DNA of 64,000 nt from positions 8,060,001 to 8,124,000 of the forward strand of contig CM082590.2 in the NCBI GenBank assembly GCA_040954595.2, read 5' to 3'. How positions within the stretch are numbered: the stretch's first letter is position 1; the number at the start of each line of letters is the position of its first letter. Positions 12,386-24,694 of the stretch are shown here, in pieces. The notes beneath the pieces are model-generated. The model worked only from the letters and a program-made list of their open reading frames with translations, had not been told where the DNA came from and searched no databases. This stretch comes from Balanoglossus misakiensis (Eukaryota > Animalia > Hemichordata). A program made the position numbers and the translations under genes.

Positions 12386-13793
12386 TGCCAGTGACATTGT
12401 CAATCTGTTGGCGTTTATGGAGGCAAAATTTTTGCTCAGTCATCATTGACAATGAGGTGCCAATCTTCAGAAGTGCAAGACAAATAAGCCCAGGCAAACA
12501 AATATTTTGGCAAAGCAAATACTGCAGGCAGACAGAAAACTCAATCTGTTTTTACTTCCCCATGAATTTCTTGAGTGTATATAAAGGCAGCACAACCCGT
12601 TCAACGCCATAGTCAACTTGTCATTTTTCACAAAATTAACCTAAATTTTCCCATTTTTTGTCAAAACTTTTGATCAGGACCTGCAGACAATGGAAAATTA
12701 TGTCGATTTGGTCAAAAATCAAGGAGGGAATAGGGATAAATATATGAAAATGATAAAAATGTGGCACAATATTTTGACCATGAAAAATGTAGTATTCAAA
12801 GAGTTAAATATCTGGCTTGCCCCACTGTATAGTTATCTGTCAACCTGTCCCCAGGTGAACTCAACCTGAACGATGATATATGACAATTGGGCCTTTGGGT
12901 TATTACAAAAAAACTTAAGGGAGAGACAGATACCAAGAGGGAGGGACATTCTAAACCTCGCAGCATAACTGTAATACTAACCAACAACTTGCATTTGTTT
13001 ATTCTTGACAACAATTTTGAATTACTTTTGTTCAATGAATCATTCCTCAAGAACCAGAATATGTCAGTTGCACATGCAAAAGGACATATGATATCACCCC
13101 CCACCCCACCCCTTCACTTTCAAAGTAGCCATATCAACAAGTACACCACTTAAAGGAAACAATAAGCCATTATATCCCACTGGGCTTATCACCAACCTGC
13201 AACACCTGTCCTACACCTTACGCAGCAGATCAGTAAAAACCCTGGATTCGAAGGTACGTTTTGGATATTATTCTGAAAAACTTAATTCCTTGAATTTCAA
13301 AATTTAAAGAATTAAATTTCTGCATAAACTAAACATGTTCGAGAAGTTCTCAATGTAAGTTTTACCACTTTCTGTTTATATTGAGAATACATGCAGGCAG
13401 TTCTAATCTATGTTATAATTTTTTTATGATTACTGATATTAAAATGTAGATGGACTTTTTGTGATACTGAGTCAATCGTGTGGTCAGAAATTCACCAAAG
13501 GAATGTACAGGTAGCATGAACACATTTCTGTTTACAAACAGGAAAAAATAAAAGTAAACTATTCACTTCCTTGTAGCAAAACTTTCTCAGCTCTTACTCG
13601 GAAAACAATGGGTTAGGACTGAACCAACGTGGTGAAAGGCTTAAAGTTTATACTCGATATAAACTTGCAGATCTATAAAGGGTTGCATTTTATTTCTATT
13701 CTGCAGAAAACAGCACACAGTTAGTGGCAAGGCTGAGTTATTCAGAGGGTCTCAAATTCCGGGGGTGTCACTACGGTACTTGAAAAGCCAATC

Positions 13794-15020
13794 ATGGCAT
13801 CAAACGAGTCCCCCATCAACGTCGACATCAGCGAGCTTCTAAATTGTCACATATGTCTGGAGAGATACACTAATCCCAAAAGCTTGCCATGCCAGCATTC
13901 GTTTTGCGAGGAGTGTCTGGAAAACTGGGTAGAATACAACACTTGCTGTCCCGACTGTCGGCAGGAATTCGAGGTACCGTCCGGCGGCGTTTGCGATCTG
14001 ACCCCAAGCTTCCATATCAATACTTTACTGCAAAAGGTTGAGGAGGTCAAGCAGAAACAAGAGACGGAGGAAAAGTTACCAGTCGGTGATGACGAAGCTG
14101 TTTATCAGCTTCCCCCTCCAGATTCTGACTATGTACGTGACCAAGAAAACGTTTTAAATTGGTTATTGTCGCAACTGACTGCTTCCACTAGTAGTCACAC
14201 AGTGTGCAGTTCAGATGAATATAAGCCAGAAAGTGAAATGGTGTTGAAGACATCTGCAGAACAGCGTAAAGATCAGCCATTGCACCCTACTGCACGAACC
14301 ACGCCTGCTCAGACAACGCAATCAACCAATGAGCTGCAGTCTCATCCACAGTTCGCACGCATGGCCAGAACGTCGGCAGAAGTTCAGCGTGACGACCGGC
14401 CATTTCGCCCCACTACATGCATCGCGCCTGAGACCACTCAATTAAGCAACGAGTTGCAATCGAACCCACGCTTCGCACGCATGGCCAGAACGTCTACAGA
14501 ACAGCGTGACGATCAACCACTGCGGCCAACTACACACGTACGAACCACGCCTGACACAGACCGGTCATCCAACGAGCTGCAGTCGCATCCAAGCTTCGCA
14601 CGCGCTGCAACCAGACCTGCAGAACAGCGCGACAATCAACCATTACACCCCATTGCAAGATCCACTTCTGAGACAGCACAATCAACCAATGAGCTACAGT
14701 CGCATCCGCGCTTTGCACACATGGCACGAACATCAACAGAAGAGCGAGACAATCAACCAATCCGCCCAACGACCCGCACCACACCTGACACGGCACAACC
14801 AACCAATGAGCTACAGTCAAATCCGTTCTTCGCACGCATGGCCAAAGCATCGACAGAAGAAGGTGACGATCAGCCTTTACCTCGCACTACGCGCACACGC
14901 ACCAGCGCTGAGACAAAACTATTACTTGAGGTGCAGTCGCACCCGTTTTTCACGCGCAGGGCGAAGGAACTCGCCCCTGAGTCTGCGTCAGGAAGTCGCC
15001 CAAGAGAAGAAAGCCTCTGA
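13794..15020 (+). CDS. TRIM-type RING protein with six ~40-aa tandem repeats, no B-box or coiled coil; 408 aa
   Basis: CHICLERYTNPKSLPCQHSFCEEC..CPDC followed by the TRIM-typical GGVCDLTPSFHINTL. Repeats [N/L]E[L/V]QS[H/N]PxFxR. Candidate upstream splice acceptor ..ttctgcag at 13706. Confidence 0.85.
   Translation: MASNESPINVDISELLNCHICLERYTNPKSLPCQHSFCEECLENWVEYNTCCPDCRQEFEVPSGGVCDLTPSFHINTLLQKVEEVKQKQETEEKLPVGDDEAVYQLPPPDSDYVRDQENVLNWLLSQLTASTSSHTVCSSDEYKPESEMVLKTSAEQRKDQPLHPTARTTPAQTTQSTNELQSHPQFARMARTSAEVQRDDRPFRPTTCIAPETTQLSNELQSNPRFARMARTSTEQRDDQPLRPTTHVRTTPDTDRSSNELQSHPSFARAATRPAEQRDNQPLHPIARSTSETAQSTNELQSHPRFAHMARTSTEERDNQPIRPTTRTTPDTAQPTNELQSNPFFARMAKASTEEGDDQPLPRTTRTRTSAETKLLLEVQSHPFFTRRAKELAPESASGSRPREESL
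14240..14960 (+). repeat. Coding tandem repeat, 6 units of 117-123 bp
   Basis: The NELQS motif starts at 14328, 14448, 14571, 14688, 14805 and 14925; all spacings are multiples of 3. Confidence 0.9.
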
Positions 15021-16059
15021 ACTGAACTCAGACATACTGGCACACGTTTATTACAATCAGTGTATGACAATGAGCATGCTAATCAAGTCAAATCGACCAC
15101 AGAGCAGACATGTACAACTAAGACTAATTAATCATAGTCATATCACAACATACCCCCATACCAGAGAGAAATAAATTAACCTGGAAAAAGTTTTATCAAG
15201 TTTATACAAGTTTTGGAGAAAAATAATTATGAATTTTTCAAAAGACATTGTATTAGCAAGAGCATATGTGACTAAGAGTTTATACCGATAAATCATTTAC
15301 ACCAGCTGACCTTTGTAAGATTGACTTGGTCAAGTAGGTATACTGTATAGTCATGCAGGTCTCTCAAGCTCTGTATAATTATCTCATGCTTTGTAGACAT
15401 GTAACTATTTGACTCAGATACCAATGCCCTGTATACATGTGATTATTTCATTCACAAATTAATCCTATACAACTGGTAGTTATCAAAGACTGTGCATCTA
15501 TGGTTAGTTAAAGTATTTTTACGCCAAGGAAAGACATCAAATTTTAGTTTCATTTTCTTATGATTTTATCAATGTCAACAATTAGTTCCACGTTCGATCA
15601 GCAATGACCATTTGTTCTACAAGATTGTTGATTTTTAATAGAAAACATTCGAATTGAACTCTTTTTCACTCGAGCGATTGATAAATATCTGCTTACAATG
15701 GGCGTGAAAGAGTATAAAAATAATCCTAATGGGTTGAGGAAAAGTAGACGACCACTTCAGTGCAAGTACCCGGCCAATTGGCCAGCGCTTAGCGAAAACC
15801 CTGAAAATAATTTAAAATGTTACTTTTCACCTAATCTGTATTCATGTGATTTTTGATCACAAATAAAGAGACAAATTTTTAGCTAGAATGATAGATATCT
15901 ATTTTCTTTTTCTTGAGAAATTTGGATTTCTGTATATTGCTAGATTGCTGTATTTCAATAAATGTTTTGTCCATAGAATAATCATTGGTCAAAAAAATGA
16001 TATTTGTTTTCATTGTTCCATGACGTTCATGGCCCAACAATGCTTATCACAGTGACTCA

Positions 16060-16180
16060 CAGTGTTTTTGTTAAGGGCGGTCCCTAGGTAAAATCTACCA
16101 GAGTTCCCCAGTCATTTTACGGGGGTTCCCCTGGGGGTTCCCAAATCCATTACCAAATGTTCCCTAACCTTAGCAAGAAA
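16060..16180. mobile_element. CAGTG-terminal MITE (degenerate copy); full copy at 46543-46715
   Basis: cagtgtttttgt.aagggcggt.cctaggtaaaat..accttagcaa is shared with the 46543 element. Confidence 0.65.
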
Positions 16181-16569
16181 TATGTTATTTCACTATGCAT
16201 GGATTTGACAACCCTTCATACAGTCACCTATATGTAAATTGACCCATGGTTACCATGGAAAATCAAGATCTAGCCAATCACAACGTTTTCTCAAAAATCT
16301 ACATGCAAGGGTATGGAATGCACTGCATCTTGGTAGTCCAATATCAAAAAGAGAAGTTCCAAACTTTAAACGCCATGGGTGAACTGTGTATACTAGGAAA
16401 TGGGGTGACAGGGTCAATGCAGAGAATGATGTCACAGTTAAATACATAAAATTGATGAGACTTTAGATTATTCATTAAAGCATTTGGTATCTATATAAAG
16501 AATTACATACAGCCGAAGGTTAGTTTAGTTTTGGCAACACCTAGCTACAGAGCTTAACTTCACAACAAA

Positions 16570-19277
16570 ATGGCGACGAATGCTCGCGATATTGTTGCTA
16601 AATTCGACGAGAGCCTGGCTTGTAATATTTGTCTTACAAGACGACAGAACCCTAAAATTTTGCCGTGTTATCACTCCTACTGTGAGGGATGTCTGGAAGG
16701 GTTGGTTCAAGCAGCAAGCGAAAACTCGGAACAGAACCGCTGTCCGACATGCAGGAAAGAATTTCAAGTTCCTCCAGGGGGTGTGCAAGAAATCCAGACT
16801 AACTTTGATGTGAACAATATTCTACAACACATCGAAATTCTGGAAAAAGCGCTGGAAAAAGCAGGAATTGATGACGGCACAACTGGAAAGGCGGCTAAGA
16901 CAAGTTCTGGAAATGCACAGGTATGTGATCCCGTGAAAAAGGAAATGTTGTCAATAAGTGTGTAGATGCAATGCAATCAAAGTATCCCTAAGAGACATCT
17001 AGCGTGACAACTCAGTCTCTATAGAATGCTGGCCAAGCTAGTTATCATATCACACTCATACTCAAAGATTTACACTGGCTACTTATATGTACAAGTTAGA
17101 GACCTGCAATTGACTGATAAATTGTGTTTAAACTTTAAAGCAATCTCAATATGGCAACATTAACAAAAGAAATGAACAGGGAGCATTTTCAGTATGTTCG
17201 CCCTTTTTATGGAATAATTAGCCTTTGGATATCAGGACCGCCAAAAATGTTGATAGTTTTCATCGTAATTTGAAAACCAACCTTTTCGCTCAGTTTTATG
17301 AATAATGTGTGCATGTGTGATTGTACTTTTTTTAGTTTAATTGTTTTATACAGCTATGTACTTTGTTAATTTAATTTTTGGAGCTATAATGTACATTGCT
17401 CTGAGACGTATGTGTAGTTGCATTTTAAACACTTTTTTAACAATAATAATAATAATGAATTGGCTTGTCGAAACAAATACAAGATAGGGACGCAGGTGGG
17501 TGACTTTTTGTTGTCTAAAAATTCACAGAAAAAAGATGAACCGGATAAGTTGTGCGAAGATCAGCTCCAAGTGCCGAGTACAGGTGGGAATTTTGGTTTG
17601 GTTCAAGTTCAGTCAGCAACAGCTGTTTCAACAAGGCCACCTAGAGGAGTCAATCCTCGAATCCAACCCAAAAAACTGGGGGTACAAGAACTGATAGCAA
17701 AATACAACTCACTGGATCAGGCACACAGAAACACTTCCACCAGAAATCTACCTAGAGCATCCGTCCAGCCCAGTCCAGCGCTCTCTTGCAACAGAAGACC
17801 ACCAGGGGCAGTACCAAAGAGAACTAGCCCCATGTATGGGCTGTCATCACACGGAAATGCATCACCAGAAAACATGGCCACTGGAAACAGCTCAAGCTCA
17901 GAAAGTGATGGTAACGGAGACAAGGCATCATCTGCACTGCTGTCATCTTCAATAACAGAGGTCACAGCGTCAGCTGCTGCAAAAGCCACAGCAGAATATC
18001 CCTCAATCCGTGATGAAGTGCAAAACCAGCCAATCGAAATCGAAAGCTCAACCGTCCCTCTGAGTTTATCAACTTTGAGTAGCAGTTCCCATGACGACAG
18101 AGTTTCGAGTCCTCACGAAATTACACCTAGCCAGTCTGAGTCTACTGTACAGCTAGAAAGACCTGAGCTACCGCGACTCATCTGCCAGCAGAAGTCTGGA
18201 AGAATTGGTGAAAGGCTGTATGCAGACATAACACCCACAGAAGCTAGTACAATGACATGCACTGTAAGACTCGAGGAGAGTCCTGGTCGTGCCAAGAGAG
18301 TTAAAAGACTACAAATGAGTGAAAGCCAGGATGGGAAAAATCACACTGCCAAATTTACTCTAAAGGTTACTGGAAGGCACTGGTTGACGGTTAAAATTGG
18401 AGACCAGGAAATTCCAGGATCACCTCACTGTATTGACGTGTACCGGAAATGGGAAGAGAAGGCAACATATGGAAAACACGGCGAGGGAAGAGGAGAGATC
18501 AATTTTCCGTTAGGAATGGCCATGACGCAGAACAACGATGTCATCATTGCAGATACCAGCAACAACAGAGTGCAGTTGCTACGGACCGGGCATATGACAG
18601 TGAAGGAGGTCTTCAAGTGTGGCCAGTTTAAAGAGACCTTCTCACCGAGCGACATTGCCATTTCTCAGGAAAGCGGGAATTACTTCGTCACTGACAACGG
18701 AAACCACCAAGTAGTGATGTGCGACGGGAATCATGAAATTCTTGGCTGGTTTGGCCAAGAGTTCATCCAGAGCCCGTGCGGAATTGCCATCAACGATTGC
18801 CTGGGTATCATCTACGTTGTTGATCACTGCGCTCGCTGTATACACATGTTTAACATCACTGATCTCACGCATCTGAGATCCTTTGGAGGGAAGGGCACTG
18901 GTCTGGGAGAGCTACAGGATCCAGCTTACATCACAACCGACTCCACCAACAATGTCCTGGTAACCGATATCGGCAGCCACTGCATCAAGGTATACAACCT
19001 AGAGGGGGAGTTCCTGCGCGTCCTGAAGACCAAAGACCGAAACGGCAAGCGCATGGAGCCCGGCGGAATCGCGACTGACGGCGACGACAACATCTACGTC
19101 TGCAGCGGGCGACAGATCTGGAAGCTGGACAACAAAGGTCGACTGATCTGCTGCGTGGCCAGCAACGACAATGCAAACTTCGTAAGTGTGGTCGTCACTA
19201 AGGACAAACCGTGTAAAGTGATCGCGATCTGTCATCACTCGGACGAATACATAGCGGAGATAAGACTCTATGAATAA
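16570..19277 (+). CDS. RING - Ser-rich disordered region - filamin Ig - NHL E3 ligase; exons 16570-16920 and 17529-19277 (~699 aa)
   Basis: Exon 1 has the RING CNIC..LPCYHSYCEGC..CPTC and the donor CAG|gtatgt (phase 0). Acceptor ttcacag|AAA is in frame with an ORF carrying filamin (GRHWLTVKIGDQEIPGSPH) and NHL repeats (GEINFPLGMA, IADTSNNRVQ, FGGKGTGLGELQDP). Confidence 0.85.
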
Positions 19278-20367
19278 CATCTGAACTCAGGCAGTGTGCT
19301 CTCTACCAGAGAGTAATTTTAAAAGCTTTGAGTCAATTTGAGGATTTCCTCCAAATGTCACTTCAAGCGCCCTCACACAGAAACTACTTTACTGTGTCTG
19401 TTACATATATGTATAACTAGTTATTATGATAAACAACTTCCTTTATCTGCTGGTAATTACCTACTTAGACTTCGGTTACTTGTAAAGCACAGGGCACTTA
19501 TGCATGCACAACTATGCACAGAACAGTATGTGCATTGTATATGCATGTACTGGTACATGTATAATAAGGCCACCACACACAAGAGAAGTTAGCTGAGTTA
19601 TTTTGTGCTGCGGATCAAATTATTAAACGTGTTTAATTTGTTTTTCGTACAAGAAAAATTACTCAAATGACTTTTTGTTCAGCTAATGTCTCATGTGTTG
19701 GGGCCTTAAGTAGCACCCATAGCCCTATTATTGCCAGCCTTGCACACTTACACTCTTACTGAATGTACACCCTCAAAGCGAAACTTGGCTGGCATTATAT
19801 GCCTGCAGCCTTGTTGAGCTTGTACCAGAGTATAGCATGTAAGGTGCATGACTATGGGCTGTGATTGAGCCTTCTGTATTTTCTGAAAGATTTTTCTTCA
19901 TGTAAAGATTGTTCTGCGAACCAAAACATGCTGAACTGTTTGTAGTCATTACAGCCTACGTGAGGTACCTTGCATGTATACAGGTAAAGAAGAGACTATT
20001 TTTGGCATTTCTCATTGACAAACCATGCCTGTACACACATGACCTCACTAGACTTTAAGCTGAACAATTCAGCATGTTTTAGTTAGTGCAGAACACACTG
20101 TAAAACGGGAAATTTTCGCGAACGACAAATTTTCGCGAACTACACAAGAGAAAACAAAACGCGAAAATGAAGAATTCGCATAAAAATGTTTTTTTGGAAA
20201 TACAGATGTAGTGAAATACGAGAATGCGAAAATAATAGTCGCGTAACAGTTGCCTCTTTTGATATCGCGAAAATTTCCTGTCGCAAAAATTTCCCGTTTT
20301 ACAGTAAATAATGCAGTACATTAACAAAAATCATCCAAAATTTGTCAACAGAAGGTGACTCAGTCTT

Positions 20368-20460
20368 TTAACCCCTTCACCACCATAGTTCATTCCAAAT
20401 CCACAGTTTTCTATGCTGAGGTTGGACCTCTAAAGAGAGAACTGGGGGTGAAAGGGTTAA
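20368..20460. mobile_element. ~93-bp piggyBac-type MITE (TTAA-CCC..GGG-TTAA)
   Basis: Terminal ttaaccc/gggttaa with a conserved core. Further copies at ~25527, 30360, 31587, 32100, 36953, 37110, 39927, 48149 and 54952, partial at ~13600 and ~30635. Confidence 0.8.
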
Positions 20461-20497
20461 TTTGACCGAGCTGAGATATATAATAGATCACAATACC

Positions 20498-21810
20498 TGC
20501 ACTGCATAGTTGAATTCCACACGTGTCTTCCTCCAATAAATTCCATTACAATTATCTCCTCTTTTTCCTTTCTTGATCAACTGGGGTGCCAGCTTGCACA
20601 GTGTGGGTAGGTTAGCACTTCATGCCTGTGAAAAAAAAAAGAAATTATAACTTCTTGTAAACAGCAACACACAGCTCAAGTTATTTATTTTCTGTGTTTT
20701 TTAACTCAAAGAAACTTTTTGTCCACATACATAAGTACCTTAATATTGCAGTCAGTATAAGGTCCATATTGCAAGACAGCTGCCATGTGGAGTGCTGTGT
20801 TGACATTCTATATACAAGAAAAAAAAAAGTATGTCATATAGTTTTCACTGGGATTTTACTACTTCTTGTAAACAGTAGTACACAGCTTGAAAATCAAAGT
20901 CTGAAGTTGATTTTTTCCTGTTTTTTTTTTTAACTCAGTGAAACTATACATCCACATAAATATGATTGTACCTTATTATTGCAGTCAATATCAGGTCCAT
21001 ATTGCAAGAAGTTTCATCGCTTTTCCATAATCTGCACACATCTGCCACGTGGAGTGCTGTGTTGACATCCTATATACAAGAAAAAACAGTATGTCATTAT
21101 AGTTTTCACTAGGATTTTACTATTTCTTGTATTAAACAGCAGTACAAAGTCTCAAGTTAATTTTTTTCTGTTTTTTTTTTAACTCAAGGAAACTATACAT
21201 CCACATACATATGACTGTACCTTATTATTGCTGTCGATATCAGGTCCATATTGCAAGAAGTTTCATCACTTATCCATAATCTGCACACATCTGCCATGTG
21301 GAGTGCTGTGTTGACATCCTATGTACAAGAAAAAAAAAGTATGTCATATATTTTTCACTGGGATTTTACTACTTCTTGTAAACAGCAGTATACACAGCTT
21401 GAAAATCAAAGTCTCAAGTTAAGTTTTGTCTGTTTTTTTTTTAACTCAAAGAAACTTTACATCCACATACATAAGATTGTACCTTATATAGTAGTCAATA
21501 TCAGGTCCATATTGCAAGAAGTTTCATCACTAGTCCATAATCTGCACACAGCTGCCATGTGGAGTGCTGTGTTGACATCCTATGTACAAGAAAAAAAATG
21601 TATGTCATATTATAATTTTCACTGGGATTTTACTACTTCTTGTATTAAACAGCAGTACAAAGTCTCAAGTTAATTTTTTCTGTTTTTTTTTTTATTTTAA
21701 CTCAAGGAAACTTTACATCCACATACATAAGATTGTACCTTATTATTGCAGTCAATATCAGGTCCATATTGCAAGAAGTTTCATCACTCGTCCATAATCT
21801 GCACATAGCA
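20498..21810 (-). pseudogene. Decayed ankyrin-repeat gene; ~255-bp exon+intron unit tandemly repeated ~4.5 times, with a possible kinase-like pseudo-exon downstream
   Basis: Each unit has ag|GATGTCAACACAGCACTCCACATGGCA..CAATATGGACCTGATATTGACTGCAATAATAAG|gt, i.e. DVNTALHMA..MKLL/LQYGPDIDCNNK. Exons are 97-98 nt rather than 99 (frameshifted), at 21069-20972, 21318-21221 and 21579-21483. Confidence 0.65.
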
Positions 21811-22352
21811 AGAAAAATAAGTACATATGTCATATAACTTTCTGTTTATATTTTGTTGTCTATTTCAAGAACGATGACTCATTAAATTTTGGTCAAAGGT
21901 ACAAACAGTGACCAACCTCCAGGCAGTGTGTGATAAGGAGTATATACAAAAAATATACGGACGTCATTAAATGTTGAAACTGTATACAACAACAGAAACT
22001 GCCAGTGAAACATACAATATTTTTTATCTGAAATCTGTGATTCTTATTCTCTGCATTTTCTATTTGAAAAATGGCTGAAAATATTTTACAGGTTATAGCA
22101 GAATAATATAAACTTGTTGTTTAACAAAAATGAAGCAGATTTGTAGATTCAGGCGGTCAAATTCGCCCATGTTCGAAATAAACACACTCATGACGTCATA
22201 GAAAGTGTCCTGAAATAAGGACACGGAATTCAAATTAAAACAATTTATATGCAAATATTACTGTGACGTATGTCTGACTGGAGGCAGCCTTTCCTAAATT
22301 TGCATAATGCATAATTACATTCACTTTTTACACTCATCTGATTGGTCACTTA

Positions 22353-22703
22353 CCTCGGGAGCTCCTGAATATGAAACAGGTTTCCAGAAAGCAACAGGTG
22401 CAATGCACACGCGCAGATGAAGTCAAACACTGACAGCCCTCTTGAAACTGCCATTCTCCGAAATCTCTGACGCGTGGTCTAATTACCACCACATTGTTGA
22501 AATACAATAGTGATTATCAACGCCATTTACACGGCATTCTTGTGTCTAAACTGACCGCAAATGGCTGTTAAATTGACCAGCGCGTCCACTGATATCCGGG
22601 TGTCAATCGACACTCTGTCAATTGTAAAGCAAATCCCGAATTATTCTAAAACTTACCGTTTCTTGGGGAAAGACTTTTTGAAAAGGTTGCCGTCTGCCGC
22701 CAT
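22353..22703 (-). other. Two candidate 5' exons of a minus-strand transcript (MAADGNLFKKSFPKKR..)
   Basis: gcaATGGCGGC start followed by cg|gtaagt at ~22657. A second exon (~22477-22353) has ag and gag|gtaagt. Product not recognised. Confidence 0.3.
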
Positions 22704-24181
22704 TGCAGGTCCAACCGTGCTCCCTAGCTTTGCGGAATAATGTTTTGTTTATTAATTTTGTCAAGAAAAGTGCAAACGAATTTGTGTAATTGTGACAAAA
22801 TTCGAACTCTATGAACTATTATACAAGATGGGACAGATGTTTGGCTAATTTTATGGGAGACGACAACAATCTTGATGAGAGAGCAACTTTGTTTTCACGT
22901 GGAGTAAATGATCAAGGGCTCAGGTCATTTAAGGTCACACTCACAAAATCATTCATCTTACATGCAATGATTACCATACAATTAGATCATTTTCCTGCAT
23001 TTATTACAGACACAAATGCCTGCTTCAGTAACATTTGCCAAATAAACATTGCCGCAGAATATGTAATAGCAGTTACACTGATGTAAAAATATACACACAA
23101 AGAAGATAAATAGAAAAAGAAAAGAAAAAAGAAAAGAAAAAAATCAATAAAGAATTGAATTAGCATGTATTGCCAATCATACAAAATAAATTAGAATATG
23201 TTCATCAAAACAAAATATACCAGTTTACACTTGCAACTTGAAGATCTTTTGTGATCCATGATTGAAGCGAAGGCCATATAAAATGTTTTAAAGCTCCAAT
23301 ATAACTGCCACTTTAACCATATATTTAATCTTATCCTTAGTCGATAAATGACATTATTTTGACTTTGTGGGGATTTTAATACTGGAAAGCGCATACCACA
23401 ATAGTCGTGAACTCTTACAATGGGCAGCTGAATAAATGAGTGCAGCACCCATTTATTATATTCATATTTAAATGAACAGATAGACACAATCAGAGGTTGG
23501 TAATATTTTTGTGTTTACCCACCAGTTAATTCACTTAAATAGACCAGTCTAAAAGTAAATTCATGAAAATAATTTTTAAAATGGCAGCTATTGGGTTTTG
23601 CATTGCATGTTACGGTCTGGCTATATAAAATCGTGCAATATTTCAGATACATTGGACAATATGTTATGGAAATCAGTCAGATTGAATCTTAGAAATGGTG
23701 CATTAGTTCCTGACTATATGATTATTGACCTTTGGTTGGCACAAACATGTACTAACCGAGTGTGATCAATTCCAGTTGCATGTAAAACACACTTCTGTAT
23801 TCTAAAACGTTAAATTTCTATTATAAAATATAATATTTCTGAGAAAAAAAATTCTAAAACATTAAATTTCTATTAGAAAATATAACATTTCTGAAAAAAA
23901 ATTTCTAAAACATAAAATTTCTGAAACATACATTTTTGTAAAATTTTAAAACATATGAGGCTGGCAGAAAAAAAAATCATGAACTGACGGATATAAAGTG
24001 ATGCATGCATTGACCAGAAAGAACAACTTTTTGCAAAAATTAAATCAAGGAAAAATCCAAAAAGCAAGAAAAAATGTTTTTGGAAAAGGTTGCAACTTTC
24101 AGAGATTTCCTGTCTCGAGTACAGTAGCTTGGATACTAAAAAAAAGACTGCAACCAGTCTCTAGTTAACATTTTTTATGAG

Positions 24182-24602
24182 TTAAGGATGTACGCGCAGA
24201 ACATAAACCGGAAACACTGCGCGCCCGGTCTTTTTCCCATAGGATTACATTGAAAATTGCTAGAAAACAAACTTCTACTATTGTCATTTTCACGAAATTT
24301 TACACATAGCTCAATCCAGCAAATATAAATTCATTGGTCAAATAAAATATAGGGGTCACCGCGCTCTATTTTGAGATAAATTGCGTCAAAAATGTTGCCC
24401 ATAGACAAACCATTGGTGAAAAATGCTGAGTCATCAGTTTTCTTCTATTATCGGCTAAATTCATGGCTCTGTATTTCAAAAACAAGTGCGGTGACCCCTA
24501 TATTTTATTACGGATTTTCATTATACATACAAAGGAGAATCCAAAAATCCACAATTAAAAAAAATGACAATACTTTCAATTTTACTGAACGTACATCCTT
24601 AA
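24182..24602. mobile_element. TTAA-flanked non-autonomous DNA transposon (Kolobok-like), ~420 bp
   Basis: ttaa-ggatgtacg..cgtacatcc-ttaa, plus an internal inverted repeat aataaaatataggggtcaccgc / gcggtgacccctatattttatt. Confidence 0.7.
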
Positions 24603-24694
24603 CTGGAGTTGGCATGTGGTTTCGAATTCCTTTCCAAAGTTTGCACAGTGATGTTGGATAGAATTCCACCAAAAGACTGGATGTTATATCAGCT

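Noticed and set aside
14506-15174. 222-aa overlapping +1-frame ORF
   Set aside because: A by-product of the coding tandem repeat, with a non-ATG start.
16047-16070. Two CACAGTG heptamers resembling RAG recombination signals
   Set aside because: No nonamer at 12 or 23 bp spacing; explained by a MITE end plus flank.
21251-21797. Plus-strand ORFs in the 255-bp array
   Set aside because: Antisense readings of the repeated ankyrin pseudo-exon and intron.
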